Source of the DNA: Candidatus Methanomethylophilaceae archaeon
GTDB lineage: Archaea; Thermoplasmatota; Thermoplasmata; Methanomassiliicoccales; Methanomethylophilaceae
Assembly: GCA_944320495.1 (NCBI GenBank)
Contig: CALUHR010000005.1
Location: 192,001-256,000 of the forward strand
Direction: 5' to 3'
Length of the DNA: 64,000 nucleotides
Positions 1 to 9,800 of this stretch are shown piece by piece. The notes beneath the pieces were generated by a model, which saw only the letters and a list, made by a program, of their open reading frames with translations, did no database searches and had not been told where the DNA came from. Within the stretch, counting starts at the first letter, position 1; each line of letters opens with the position of its first letter. The position numbers were made by a program, and so were the translations under genes.

Positions 1-155
1 CCACGTACAACTCCCAGGGTGCGGACGTCACCACCTTCACCGTCGAGGTGCCAGAGGCACCCGGCGGGGAGGGCGACGGCGATCTCTTGCTCTGGGTCGC
101 CATCGGGCTGTTGGTTTTACTGATAGTCGTCGTGGTGCTAGCGAGGATTCTATGA
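1..155 (+). CDS. 3' end (partial) of a membrane-anchored surface protein, Ig/PKD-like strand followed by a C-terminal TM helix
   Basis: Frame from base 3 reads TYNSQGADVTTFTVEVPEAPGGEGDGDLLLWVAIGLLVLLIVVVVLARIL-TGA(153-155). Same anchor style as other surface proteins in the window. Confidence 0.8.
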   Translation, partial: TYNSQGADVTTFTVEVPEAPGGEGDGDLLLWVAIGLLVLLIVVVVLARIL

Positions 156-159
156 GAAC

Positions 160-189
160 CCCGGGGGCGGGCGGATGCCCGCCCCCGGG
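160..189 (+). terminator. GC-rich hairpin after the upstream gene
   Basis: cccgggggcgggc-ggat-gcccgcccccggg, a perfect 13-bp stem 5 nt after the TGA. Confidence 0.6.
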
Positions 190-214
190 AAACCCTTTGA
201 CCGTTCGTTCTCGG

Positions 215-255
215 ATGTTAACATTTGTTGATATGATGTATACAAATGTTAACAT
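215..255. repeat. Perfect 14-bp AT-rich inverted repeat with 13-bp spacer
   Basis: ATGTTAACATTTGT-tgatatgatgtat-ACAAATGTTAACAT; each arm contains the palindrome ATGTTAACAT. Confidence 0.85.
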
Positions 256-421
256 TGGAACGGGACGAGAGATCATGTGCCAGCGCCCTGACGGGCGCCG
301 GCATGGGAACATGGTTGTTGATCCCTTCGTTCCAACCGCCGGACCGCGTCCGGCGGAGGATCGACCGCCCGGCCCCTCGGGCATGAAGCCCGGGGCCGGA
401 CGGCGTCAGCCGTCCCGCCCC

Positions 422-1306
422 TCGCTCGGACGGATCATAGTACTTGGAAGTTCTGCGAAGTCTCGTCATATACTCATACGCCAGATCGGATTCGGGATTC
501 GATGGAATCTTATCAATCAAGTCCTGATTAATCTGGTCTGAACTTCTGGCCATAAGATATTCCAAGGCATAGTGGGTAGCTATACAATTGATCGCAATTG
601 GATTCATCAGACCCGCGGTTTGACAGAACTCTCTTTGGAAGATCTCTGCGTCTTCCAGATTGAATATTGTGAATAATCCCCTCGGGGACAGTGGAAAGAT
701 GTAGCCGTCCAAACACATGCCGCGCTCCCGATACTCCTTGCAATGTTTGTGAATGTCGAACAGGTTGCATGGCATCACGGGGAAATCGCAGGTTATTAGC
801 GCATCATGTTCCCACGATACGAACGAACACCCGTAGCTCTCCATCGGTTTCCCCGCGAGTTCCTTCTCAGAGCTGTCTATGGCCATCTGTCTCAGACGGC
901 GGTTTGTCTCACAGATCCTGCTCTCATATTCCGGCCCGAACCTGTCGTCGTAGAATATGTCGGTGGCGGGGGATCTCGCAATCATTAGACTCGCGTATCT
1001 CAGAACCTTGCGCCATTGCTCCCAGTCCGTGATGGTTCCCTAAAGCATACCATCTATCATCGGTTCGCATTCACGCTCTATCCTCGCGATGTCTTTCTCG
1101 GTGAAGTTGATTGGACGATCCTTGGATTCATAGAGTTTCTCTATGAACAACACATTGTTCGGCGACGTGAGGAATCCTCTCCTTCTGCGTGTGTTGTAGA
1201 AGTAGACCTTTCCCTTCGCAGATCCGTCCTAGCTGGCGAATCTCTCCATGTACGCCTGAGGGATGAAGTGGGATCTCCGTGTGGGATTCTGGGCGTTCGT
1301 AGGCAT
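422..1306 (-). CDS. DUF4238-like protein (~294 aa) with two in-frame TAG codons and a proposed CGA stop
   Basis: The N-terminus RRSHFIPQAYMERF resembles the DUF4238 HYVPQxYLxxF motif. TAGs at 1229-1231 and 1040-1042 are in frame with ORF 218..985. First in-frame CGA is at 422-424, where lower-GC coding sequence ends, followed by hairpin ggacggc-gtca-gccgtcc (398-415). TTTATA box ~27 nt upstream of the ATG. Confidence 0.7.
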
Positions 1307-1411
1307 ATCCTCATCCACCGGGGGTCGCAGGTATAAAGGAATCGACCGACTGGTTCTGGCAGCATATTCCGAGAATCCGTTCGAACGAAGTTCAACGGAG
1401 CAATTGTCTCT

Positions 1412-4400
1412 ATGATATCTTCGAATATGAACAAAAATGGGGAGAAAACCAAGCTCCTCGCAGCGGTCGCCGTGCTCGCCATGATCATGTGCGTGTTCGC
1501 GGTCGCCGCCATCCCGTCGTCCGATGCGGTCACAGGAGACGAATTCCTGGACGGTGCCGATGCAAACGGCGTTATCACCCTCGACGCGGATGTCACCGTA
1601 AGTTCCGTTATCACCGTGACCGGAGCACTTACCATCAACGGTAACGGACACACCATCTCCGCCGCCAAGGACTTTAGCACCTCTGGCCAGGGAGACAAGA
1701 ACCTCATAAGCATCGAATACAACGAGGACAAAGTCGTTCTCAACGATGTCACCTTCGCCGGTGCCTACGGAGTCAACGTCTACGATGCCGATGACGTCAC
1801 CCTGAACAACGTCACCGTCAAGGACAGCACCGGTGCCGGACTGACCGTCGGAACCAACTCCGTCGCCACCGTCAACGAGTCCTTCTTCAGCAACAACGGC
1901 TGGGGAGACATCAACGTCGACAAAGCTTCCACCCTGAACATCGACGACGCCACCGAGCTGACCAGCAACTTCCAGATCTGGTCCGAGGACGTCACCGCCG
2001 AAGAGAACCCCAGCGTCATCAACGCCGACTCCTACGTCGGCTACAGGTGGGACAAGACCGGCAACGATGCCGTCACCGACGGACGCGCCTACTTCAAGAA
2101 CGGCAACGTCCCTGCTGACATCACCCTCACCAGCCAGACCCTGACCGTCGCGGAGGGCCAGGCCCTCTTCATCGTCGGAGGCTCCACCGGAGTGATCCCC
2201 ACCGGAATCACCAACAACGGAATCGTCTACACCATCCCTGAGGGAACCACCGGTACCGTCAGCGGCAACACCGTCAGCATCTCCGGCACTGCAGCTATCG
2301 CGGACCTCGATGCCACCGGAGCCGACTGGAACGGCCTCTTCGACGGTGTCACCTCCAGCTGGTCCATCGTCGGAATCGCCGTCACCCTGAGCGACTACGA
2401 GTCCGTCGACCAGACCAACCCCGCGATGAACGACGCCTACCCCAAGGAGGACGGCACCGAGTCTTTCCCCAACGACAAGAAGACCACGACCCTCACCGGT
2501 AACGAGACCGGAAGCTACTGGTTCCTCATCCCCACCGACGGATCCCCTGTCAGTGTCACCTTCAACGGAAAGGACACCAACGCGGACCTCGCTCTGACCT
2601 TCAACTTCGACGTCGAGAACAAGGCCACCGCCACCGATGCCGCCTCCGCTAACGATGCTCTGAAAGACGAGAACATCAGCGAGGTCTCCATCGACGGATC
2701 CAAACTGACCAGCAGCACCACCCCCATTGTGGTCCCTGCCGACAAGACCCTCGTCATCGAGAACTCCACCGCTGACAGCGAGTTCGCCATCAACACCGTC
2801 GACGGCGACAAGACCCAGAGCGCCAAATTCGATGGAGTCACTGGAACCATCATCATCACCAAGGGATCCGTCGTGATGTACAGCCCTGACATGGTCAAGG
2901 ACGGAGTCGTCACCGTCGGAGCCGGCACCACTCTCAGGATCGCCGACGGAACCTCCATCGACGGAGTCAAGTTCGTCGGAACCGACGACAAATCCATCGT
3001 CGAGGTCCCCAGGAGCGCGACCGTCACCTTCGCCAACACCGTCACCTTCGACGACGTCGCCGTCAACCTGAAGGGAACCGTCAACGGCGGAACCATCCAG
3101 GTCGAGGAGGGCGCCACCGTCACCATCGACGGAACCGTCACCAGCGCCTTCGTCAACAATGGCGGAAAGATCGTCAACAACGCCCCGTCCCTCGGAGACA
3201 TCGAGCTCAAGGATGGAACCACCGTCATCGACCAGACCTCCATCAACGGAGCCCTCGGCCAGGACATCACCGTCACCGGCGAGGTCACCGTCGCCAAGGG
3301 AGGACACATCATCTCCAACGGAACCCTGACCATCGCCGAGGGTGCCAAGCTCATCCTCGAGGAGGGATCCTACCTCGCCATCGGAGCCACCGGAATGGTC
3401 GTCAACAACGGAACCATCGAGGTCCAGGCCGGAACCGAGGGCAACGAGACCTTCCGCTACGGCGGAAGCAGCATGGACGTCAGCACCACTGGAGCCATCG
3501 ACTTCCAGGGCGCCAACTCCTTCGCCAACGCCTTTAACGGCAGCACCGGAACCGACATCTCCGTCGCCGGAACCGTCACCGTCGGTGAGGAGGCCGCCGC
3601 CAACATCACCGGTATGACCGTCGCCGCCGGAGGCAACCTGTACGTCTACGGCAACGCCACCGGAGCCATCGTCAACAACGGAACCGTCACCGTCGACACC
3701 GAGGTCGGTTGCGACCTCGATGTCAACATGGGCAACGGGGCCGTTCTGAACCTCGTCAATGCCGTCGGAACCGTCGACGTCGCCGATGACAAGATGTCCT
3801 TCAAGTACCAGAACGCCGACAAGCCCATCAAGAACCCCGCCGAGGTCACCTTCCAGGACGTCTCCGGAATCACCGTCACCGACTCCCTGACCACCAAGGT
3901 CGAGAAGGACACCGCCACCGCGGATCCCGATGATACCACCAGGAACGGATACGGCAAGCTCTGCATCTCCGGAGCCGCCGGCATCGCCTCCAACGTCGAT
4001 GACACTCTCGATAAGGCCACCATCACCGTCGTCAGAGGAACCGTCAACGTCGCCGAGGACGCCACCCTCTCCTTCGTGAAGGGCTACACCCTCGCCGTCA
4101 ACGGAACCCTGGCCGTCGCCGGATCCGTCGACGCCACCGCCGAGGAGACTTCCATCAACGGCACCGGAACCGTGGACGTCACCGGAAAGATTACCTCCGA
4201 CGATACCATCGCCACCACCACCGTCAACGCCGCCTGGTACACCAGCGGAACCGGAAAGGACGCCGTCAACGTCTACACCTCCCTGGCCACCGCCATCGCC
4301 GACGGAGCCGACGACATCGATCTCCTGGGCAACTACAAGATCGCCGAGAACATCACCATCCCCGCCAACGTGAAGGTCAACGCCAACAGCGCCATCACCG

Positions 4401-6394
4401 TCACCGTCGACAAGGATGTCACCGTGACCGTCGCCTTCGACGCCGCCACCAACGCCAGCGGAAAGCTGATCAACAGCTCGAAGGTCATCACCGTCAACGG
4501 AACCCTGATCGCCCAGAACTACGACAAGAGCGGAGTCGTCCAGAACAACGTCGTCTGCGACGTCATCGTCGACAACGAGCCCGAGAAGAAGTTCACCAGC
4601 ATCTACGTCGCCCTCGACGAGGCCGTGGCCGGAGATGTCATCAACATCACCAAGACCGGAACCCTGACCATCACCGAGGACATCGTCATCCCCGAGGACG
4701 TCAAGCTCGTCGTCCCCAGCGACTGCGACGTGGTCGTCGACGACGGTGTCACCGTGACCGTCAATGGAACCTACGAGGGAGAGGGTGCCTACGACATGAC
4801 CAACCCCGAGGATGAGAAGGACCCCGCCCAGACCATCGTCAACGGCATGTTCAAGGTGTCCAACACCTGGACCGACGAGATGAGGCAGTACGTCTCCGGA
4901 GCCTACTACTCCTACGACGGCTTCTACGTCATCTCCCCGCTGTCCGTCCTCTCCACCGTCATGGCCGACGTCGAGAGCGAGGACGCCAAGATCTACGGAA
5001 CCGTCACCGAGGGAGCCGTCACCCTGGCCTCCGAGGACGATTTCGCCGTCGTCATGACCGCGAACGCCAACCTCACCGTGACCGACCTCACCCTCGACGG
5101 TGTCAAGTTCGACTTCGCCGCCGACAAGTCCAGGGTCAACGGAACCGTCACCACCGCCGACGGAAGCTTCGCCCTGACCAACGTCATGGGAGGAGTCATC
5201 ACCGCCGAGACCGCCATCGACGGGGACAACGAGACCGTCACCGCCACCCTCACCGGCAACGTCGTGAAGACCAACCTCACCGTCGGAAACGAGAAGGTTG
5301 ATGACATCAAGGCCTCCGTGACCGTCTCCGGCACCGCCGACATCGCCGACGCCACCGCCTTCGGAGTTCCCATGACCGTCTCCAAGGACGCCGTCGTTGG
5401 AGTCGACTCCGTCAAGTTCGACGAGACCGTCACCGTCGAGGGAACCCTCAACGTCAAGAGCACCGCGGTCGAGTTCACCACCATGAACGTCACCGGAACC
5501 GTCGCAGTCGCCGACAAGGCCGCCGCCTCCGTCGACACCCTGTACCTCGGCGTCTCCAAGAACGCCACCACCAACGTCATCACCGACCTCGGTGCCGGAA
5601 CCATCTCCAACGTGACCGTCGACAGGGTCGCCTACGTCGGACCCTCCGCCTCCTTCACCGCGATCGATGCCCAGGCCGAGGACGGAACCAACGCCCTCAA
5701 GGTCACCGCCTACTACGCCGAGGACGCCCTCGTCGTGACCGCCTACGCCAACGGCACTGCGGCCACCCCTGTCAAGATCTCCGAGATCACCGCCTCCGTC
5801 CCCAACGCCTACCTCTACGGATGGGCCGACGAGGAGGGCAAGGTCATCGGCGAGAAGTACGACAACGTCGAGTACGATCCCGTCGTCGGAGCCGAGGACT
5901 GCGCCAGGGTCGATGCGAAGGTCAACTACGACATCTACGTCATCAACCTCAGGGCCGACCAGAACGCCATCAGCAGCATCTCCGTCGATGGAAACCTGAT
6001 GGAGTTCGGAATGATCCAGGGCGGAGTAGCCACCGATGGAAACGCTGGATGGTACTACGGCTACACCATCACCGTCGCCGCTGGCAGCCACACCATCCAG
6101 TACCAGCTGGCCAACGGTTACTCCGGAGAGGGTGTCCTGACCGTCAACGGAACCCAGCAGAGCGGACTGACCTTCACCACCGAGGGCAACCCGACTGGCA
6201 CCGACAAGACTGTCACCTACAACCTCCAGCTCACCGGCTTCGAGAAGTCCGGCTATGTGCCCGACTCCCCCGACACCGGAGACAGCGACTCCGGCGAGAC
6301 CGGAATGACGATCACCGACTACCTGCTGATCGTCCTCGTCGTCCTCATCATCGTCATGGCCATCATCGTGGCCATGAGGCTCATGAGGAGCTGA
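1412..6394 (+). CDS. Giant adhesin/S-layer-like protein 1 (1660 aa, subfamily A)
   Basis: Signal peptide after MISSNMNK, T/V/D/G-rich beta-rich body, C-terminal TM MTITDYLLIVLVVLIIVMAIIVAMRLMRS, strong NNC codon bias. Confidence 0.9.
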   Translation: MISSNMNKNGEKTKLLAAVAVLAMIMCVFAVAAIPSSDAVTGDEFLDGADANGVITLDADVTVSSVITVTGALTINGNGHTISAAKDFSTSGQGDKNLISIEYNEDKVVLNDVTFAGAYGVNVYDADDVTLNNVTVKDSTGAGLTVGTNSVATVNESFFSNNGWGDINVDKASTLNIDDATELTSNFQIWSEDVTAEENPSVINADSYVGYRWDKTGNDAVTDGRAYFKNGNVPADITLTSQTLTVAEGQALFIVGGSTGVIPTGITNNGIVYTIPEGTTGTVSGNTVSISGTAAIADLDATGADWNGLFDGVTSSWSIVGIAVTLSDYESVDQTNPAMNDAYPKEDGTESFPNDKKTTTLTGNETGSYWFLIPTDGSPVSVTFNGKDTNADLALTFNFDVENKATATDAASANDALKDENISEVSIDGSKLTSSTTPIVVPADKTLVIENSTADSEFAINTVDGDKTQSAKFDGVTGTIIITKGSVVMYSPDMVKDGVVTVGAGTTLRIADGTSIDGVKFVGTDDKSIVEVPRSATVTFANTVTFDDVAVNLKGTVNGGTIQVEEGATVTIDGTVTSAFVNNGGKIVNNAPSLGDIELKDGTTVIDQTSINGALGQDITVTGEVTVAKGGHIISNGTLTIAEGAKLILEEGSYLAIGATGMVVNNGTIEVQAGTEGNETFRYGGSSMDVSTTGAIDFQGANSFANAFNGSTGTDISVAGTVTVGEEAAANITGMTVAAGGNLYVYGNATGAIVNNGTVTVDTEVGCDLDVNMGNGAVLNLVNAVGTVDVADDKMSFKYQNADKPIKNPAEVTFQDVSGITVTDSLTTKVEKDTATADPDDTTRNGYGKLCISGAAGIASNVDDTLDKATITVVRGTVNVAEDATLSFVKGYTLAVNGTLAVAGSVDATAEETSINGTGTVDVTGKITSDDTIATTTVNAAWYTSGTGKDAVNVYTSLATAIADGADDIDLLGNYKIAENITIPANVKVNANSAITVTVDKDVTVTVAFDAATNASGKLINSSKVITVNGTLIAQNYDKSGVVQNNVVCDVIVDNEPEKKFTSIYVALDEAVAGDVINITKTGTLTITEDIVIPEDVKLVVPSDCDVVVDDGVTVTVNGTYEGEGAYDMTNPEDEKDPAQTIVNGMFKVSNTWTDEMRQYVSGAYYSYDGFYVISPLSVLSTVMADVESEDAKIYGTVTEGAVTLASEDDFAVVMTANANLTVTDLTLDGVKFDFAADKSRVNGTVTTADGSFALTNVMGGVITAETAIDGDNETVTATLTGNVVKTNLTVGNEKVDDIKASVTVSGTADIADATAFGVPMTVSKDAVVGVDSVKFDETVTVEGTLNVKSTAVEFTTMNVTGTVAVADKAAASVDTLYLGVSKNATTNVITDLGAGTISNVTVDRVAYVGPSASFTAIDAQAEDGTNALKVTAYYAEDALVVTAYANGTAATPVKISEITASVPNAYLYGWADEEGKVIGEKYDNVEYDPVVGAEDCARVDAKVNYDIYVINLRADQNAISSISVDGNLMEFGMIQGGVATDGNAGWYYGYTITVAAGSHTIQYQLANGYSGEGVLTVNGTQQSGLTFTTEGNPTGTDKTVTYNLQLTGFEKSGYVPDSPDTGDSDSGETGMTITDYLLIVLVVLIIVMAIIVAMRLMRS

Positions 6395-6808
6395 AGGTAA
6401 GATTCCGTCCCTCAACCTGAAAAGCAAACCCCGAGGGGTCCGTAAGGACCTCTCCCAAGGGATGGGTCGAAGGCAGACGAATCATCTAGTAACCTGAACA
6501 GGAAACCCCGACGGCCAGGTAGGGCCGTCCCGCCGATCCGGTGCCGCCAAAGGCGGCACCCGGTCGGCACAGCATTCTCCAGATCCGTCGGATCGGACTT
6601 ATCATCGTTCTCCCGAACAATCCGTTCGGATCTCTCATTGAGGAAGAATGATCCCTCCGCTCTCGGAGGGTCGGCAGTCCTTTCGGGACCGCCTGTGTTT
6701 GCTCTTCAGGTGATTGGTTACTTTCTCTTGCTATTGCTCCCCATCCCTTTGGAGGGGTCCTCACGGACCCCTCGGGGTTTCCTCTTCAGGTTGTTGGATG
6801 GTTCGCGA
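6395..6808. repeat. Structured convergent spacer (copy 1), an array of stem-loops
   Basis: Closely similar to 20182-20588. Contains the aacctgaaNagSaaacccc motif and GNRA-capped hairpins on both strands. Confidence 0.85.
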
Positions 6809-9800
6809 TCAGCTCCTCATCAGGCGCATGGCCACGATGATGGCCATGACGATGATGAGGACGACGAGGACGATCAGCAGGTAGTCGGTGATCGTCATTC
6901 CGGTCTCGCCGGAGTCGCTGTCTCCGGTGTCGGGGGAGTCGGGCACGTAGCCGGACTTCTCGAAGCCGGAGAGCTGGAGGTTGTAGACCTTGACAGGGGA
7001 GTCGTATCCGGAAACGGTGGACAGCTCGCCCTCGGCGGTGAATGTCAGTCCGGACTGCTGGACTCCGTCGACGCTCAGGACGCCCTGTCCGGAGTATCCG
7101 TTGGCCAGCTGGTAGCTGATGGTGTGAGCTCCGGCCTCGACGACTGCGGTGTAGCCGTAGAAGAAGCTGCCCTTTCCATCGCTGATCATTCCGAACTGCA
7201 TGATGTTGTTGTCGATGCTGATGCTGGAGATGGCGTTCTGGTCGGCCCTGAGGTTGATGACGTAGACGTCATACTTGACCTGGGCATAGACCGCGGCCAC
7301 CTGTCCGACGCTCTTCTCGTTGGCGGAGACTCCGTCGGCATCGAGCCAGGTTCCGTTGAACCAGGCGTTCTCGACGGGGACGGCGGCCTTGATGGTGTTC
7401 TCGAGGGTGTCTCCATCGATACCGAGAGCGGGCTCGCTGGTGTAGGCGGTGATCCAGAGGGCATCCTCGACGTAGTACTCGGTGCTGTTGTCGAACACAT
7501 CCTCGTCGACGGCCACAGTGGTTCCGGCGGCGGCGTAGATGGTGTCGCATCCGACGGTTCCGTTGACGGCGGCGGAGGTGCTGGTGACGGCGAACTCGTC
7601 GTCGAGACCGACGTACATGATTCCGTTGACGATTCTCAGGTTTCCGTTGGAGTTGGTTCCATCGGCAGCGGCGACGGTGACGGTTCCGGCGACGAAGAGG
7701 TCGTCGACGGTCAGGGTCTGTCCACCGGCGACGGTGACGGTTCCGGCGACGAACAGCTTTCCGTCGATGGTGCCGTAGGTGGCGGAGACGGAGGTGCTGG
7801 TCGCGGGGACGGTCAGAGTGGCATCCGCATCGACGGTGACGTCGCCTGTGACGGCGGCGGTAGCGGCGTTGGCGCTGCTGACGATGACGGTTCCGGCGGT
7901 GACGTTGAGGGTGGCCAGGTTCTTCTTGGGAGTGTTCTTGTCGTTCGGGTCGGGGTAGTTGACGTTGGCTCCGGTGATGACGAGTCCGTTCTCGGAGTCG
8001 ACGTCGAGTCCCTTGACCTTGACGGCCTCGATGCTGGCGTCGCCGACGGTGACGGTTCCGCTGAAGACACCGGCAGCGTCGGAGTCCAGCTGGGCCCCGT
8101 TGGCGAGGACCAGGGAGGTCAGGGTGACCTCGGCCTTGGCACCGATCTTGATGACGGCGCAGTCGTCGGTGGCGGTGAAGGTGGTGTCTCCCTCGGAGAC
8201 GGTTCCGTAGATGACGATCTCGTCGAGGACGGTCGGGAGGACCGCGGCGGAGACAGCGGTGGCGACGGTGGTGACGTAGTTGTAGTCGCCGTCGGTGAAG
8301 TAGGCTCCGGAGATGTAGGATCCGTCGTCCAGGGTGTTCTTGGTGGTGTTGGACGCCTCGTAGACGACGTCCTCCATGACCTTCAGGGTGCCGGTGACGA
8401 CGATGGCGGAGGCCTCCTTGTCCTTCTCGGTGGTGGCCTTGGTGGCGAACTGCTTCTCGGCGACAATGCCCTCGTTGGGCCTGTCGGACTGGAGGGTTCC
8501 GGCGACGGTCAGGGTGACTCCGTTGTTGATGACGATCTGGGAGTCGAACGGGATGACCAGGGTGACGCCCTCCTTGACGGTGAAGTCCTTGTCGAGGGTG
8601 ACCTTGGTGGCGTCGAAGACGTTGATGACGTCTCCGGCGGTGGCCTCGGTCATGGCGGTGTAGATGTTGGTGTACTTTGCCCATCCGTTCTTGGTGAGCT
8701 TTCCGTCGGCGTCGACCTGCTTGGAGACGACGTCGGCCTTGATGGTGGTCTCGGCGGCCTTCAGGTCGGTCCTGTCGTTGAAGTACAGGGTTCCGAGGAC
8801 GTTGGTGGTTCCGACCCTGCCGTAGGTGGCACCGGCGGCGATGTCCAGCCTGACGTCCCTGTTGTCCTCGTCTCCGATGTTCAGGACGGTCTTGTCGTCC
8901 TTGAAGGTGAAGTCGATGGCGGGGACGGTGGCGGAGGTCAGGACGGTGTTGGTTCCGTAGAGGGTGATCTCGTCGATGGTGCTGTCCGCGTTGGCGGCTG
9001 CGATGGCCTCGTCGACGGTGACGTAGTTGCTGTAGTCGTCGGCGTTGACCTTGGTGACGTAGTGCGCGGCGTTGACGGTTCCGCCGATCTCGAACTCGGG
9101 CATGTAGATGTGTCCGGCGTCGGCGAGGGTGATGGTTCCGGTGCTGACGATTCCGTTGTTCAGAGCCTTGTCGGAGACAGGGACGTATCCGGAGACGGTC
9201 AGCTTGGCGGTGCTGCTGATGGTGAGCTTGGTGTTCTCCCCGATGGAGAGGGCGGCGGCATCGTTCTCGGCAGCGGAGACGGTGAAGTTGCCCTGTCCGA
9301 GCTCAACGACGGCAGCAGGGTTTCCATTGTCATTGCCATTGTAGTCGGCGGCGATGCTTCCGGAGATGTCCATGACGTTGGTGATCTTGTCGACGCCGTC
9401 CACCTTCTTGACGCTGAAGTTCTCGACGACCGTCAGGCCGGAGATGGTGGAGTTGGTTCCGGAGGAGCTGAATCCGAGACCGTTGGCGGTGACGCCGGCG
9501 GTGGATCCGATGGTCTGTTCGTCCTTCACGATGAGGCTGGCATCGGTGATGTAGAGGTATCCCCCGGTTGCCATGGCGAGTTTCTGAACCTCGACGGAGG
9601 CTCCGTCGGCCATCATGTTGATGTTGATGTTCACCTGGCAGGGGAGAAGGTTGCTGTCGATGTCGGTGGGCTCGGAGTCGATGATGATGGCTCCGCTGTT
9701 GTCGAAGGTGACCTTGTCCTTGAACTGGCCCTCGAGGGTCAGGGTGACGTCCTGGGCGACGACGATCTTGGCTCCGTCAACCTGGTAGAGGCTGGAGGAG

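Noticed and set aside
215-255. Chromosomal dif site
   Set aside because: Arm and spacer lengths (14+13+14) and sequence do not fit the 11+6+11 dif architecture.
6413-6800. CTGAAGA...GAAA as a hammerhead ribozyme core, or GCAAACC as a c-di-GMP-I riboswitch
   Set aside because: There is no stem II between CTGANGA and GAAA, other copies read CTGAACA/CTGAAAA, and the location is 3' of genes.
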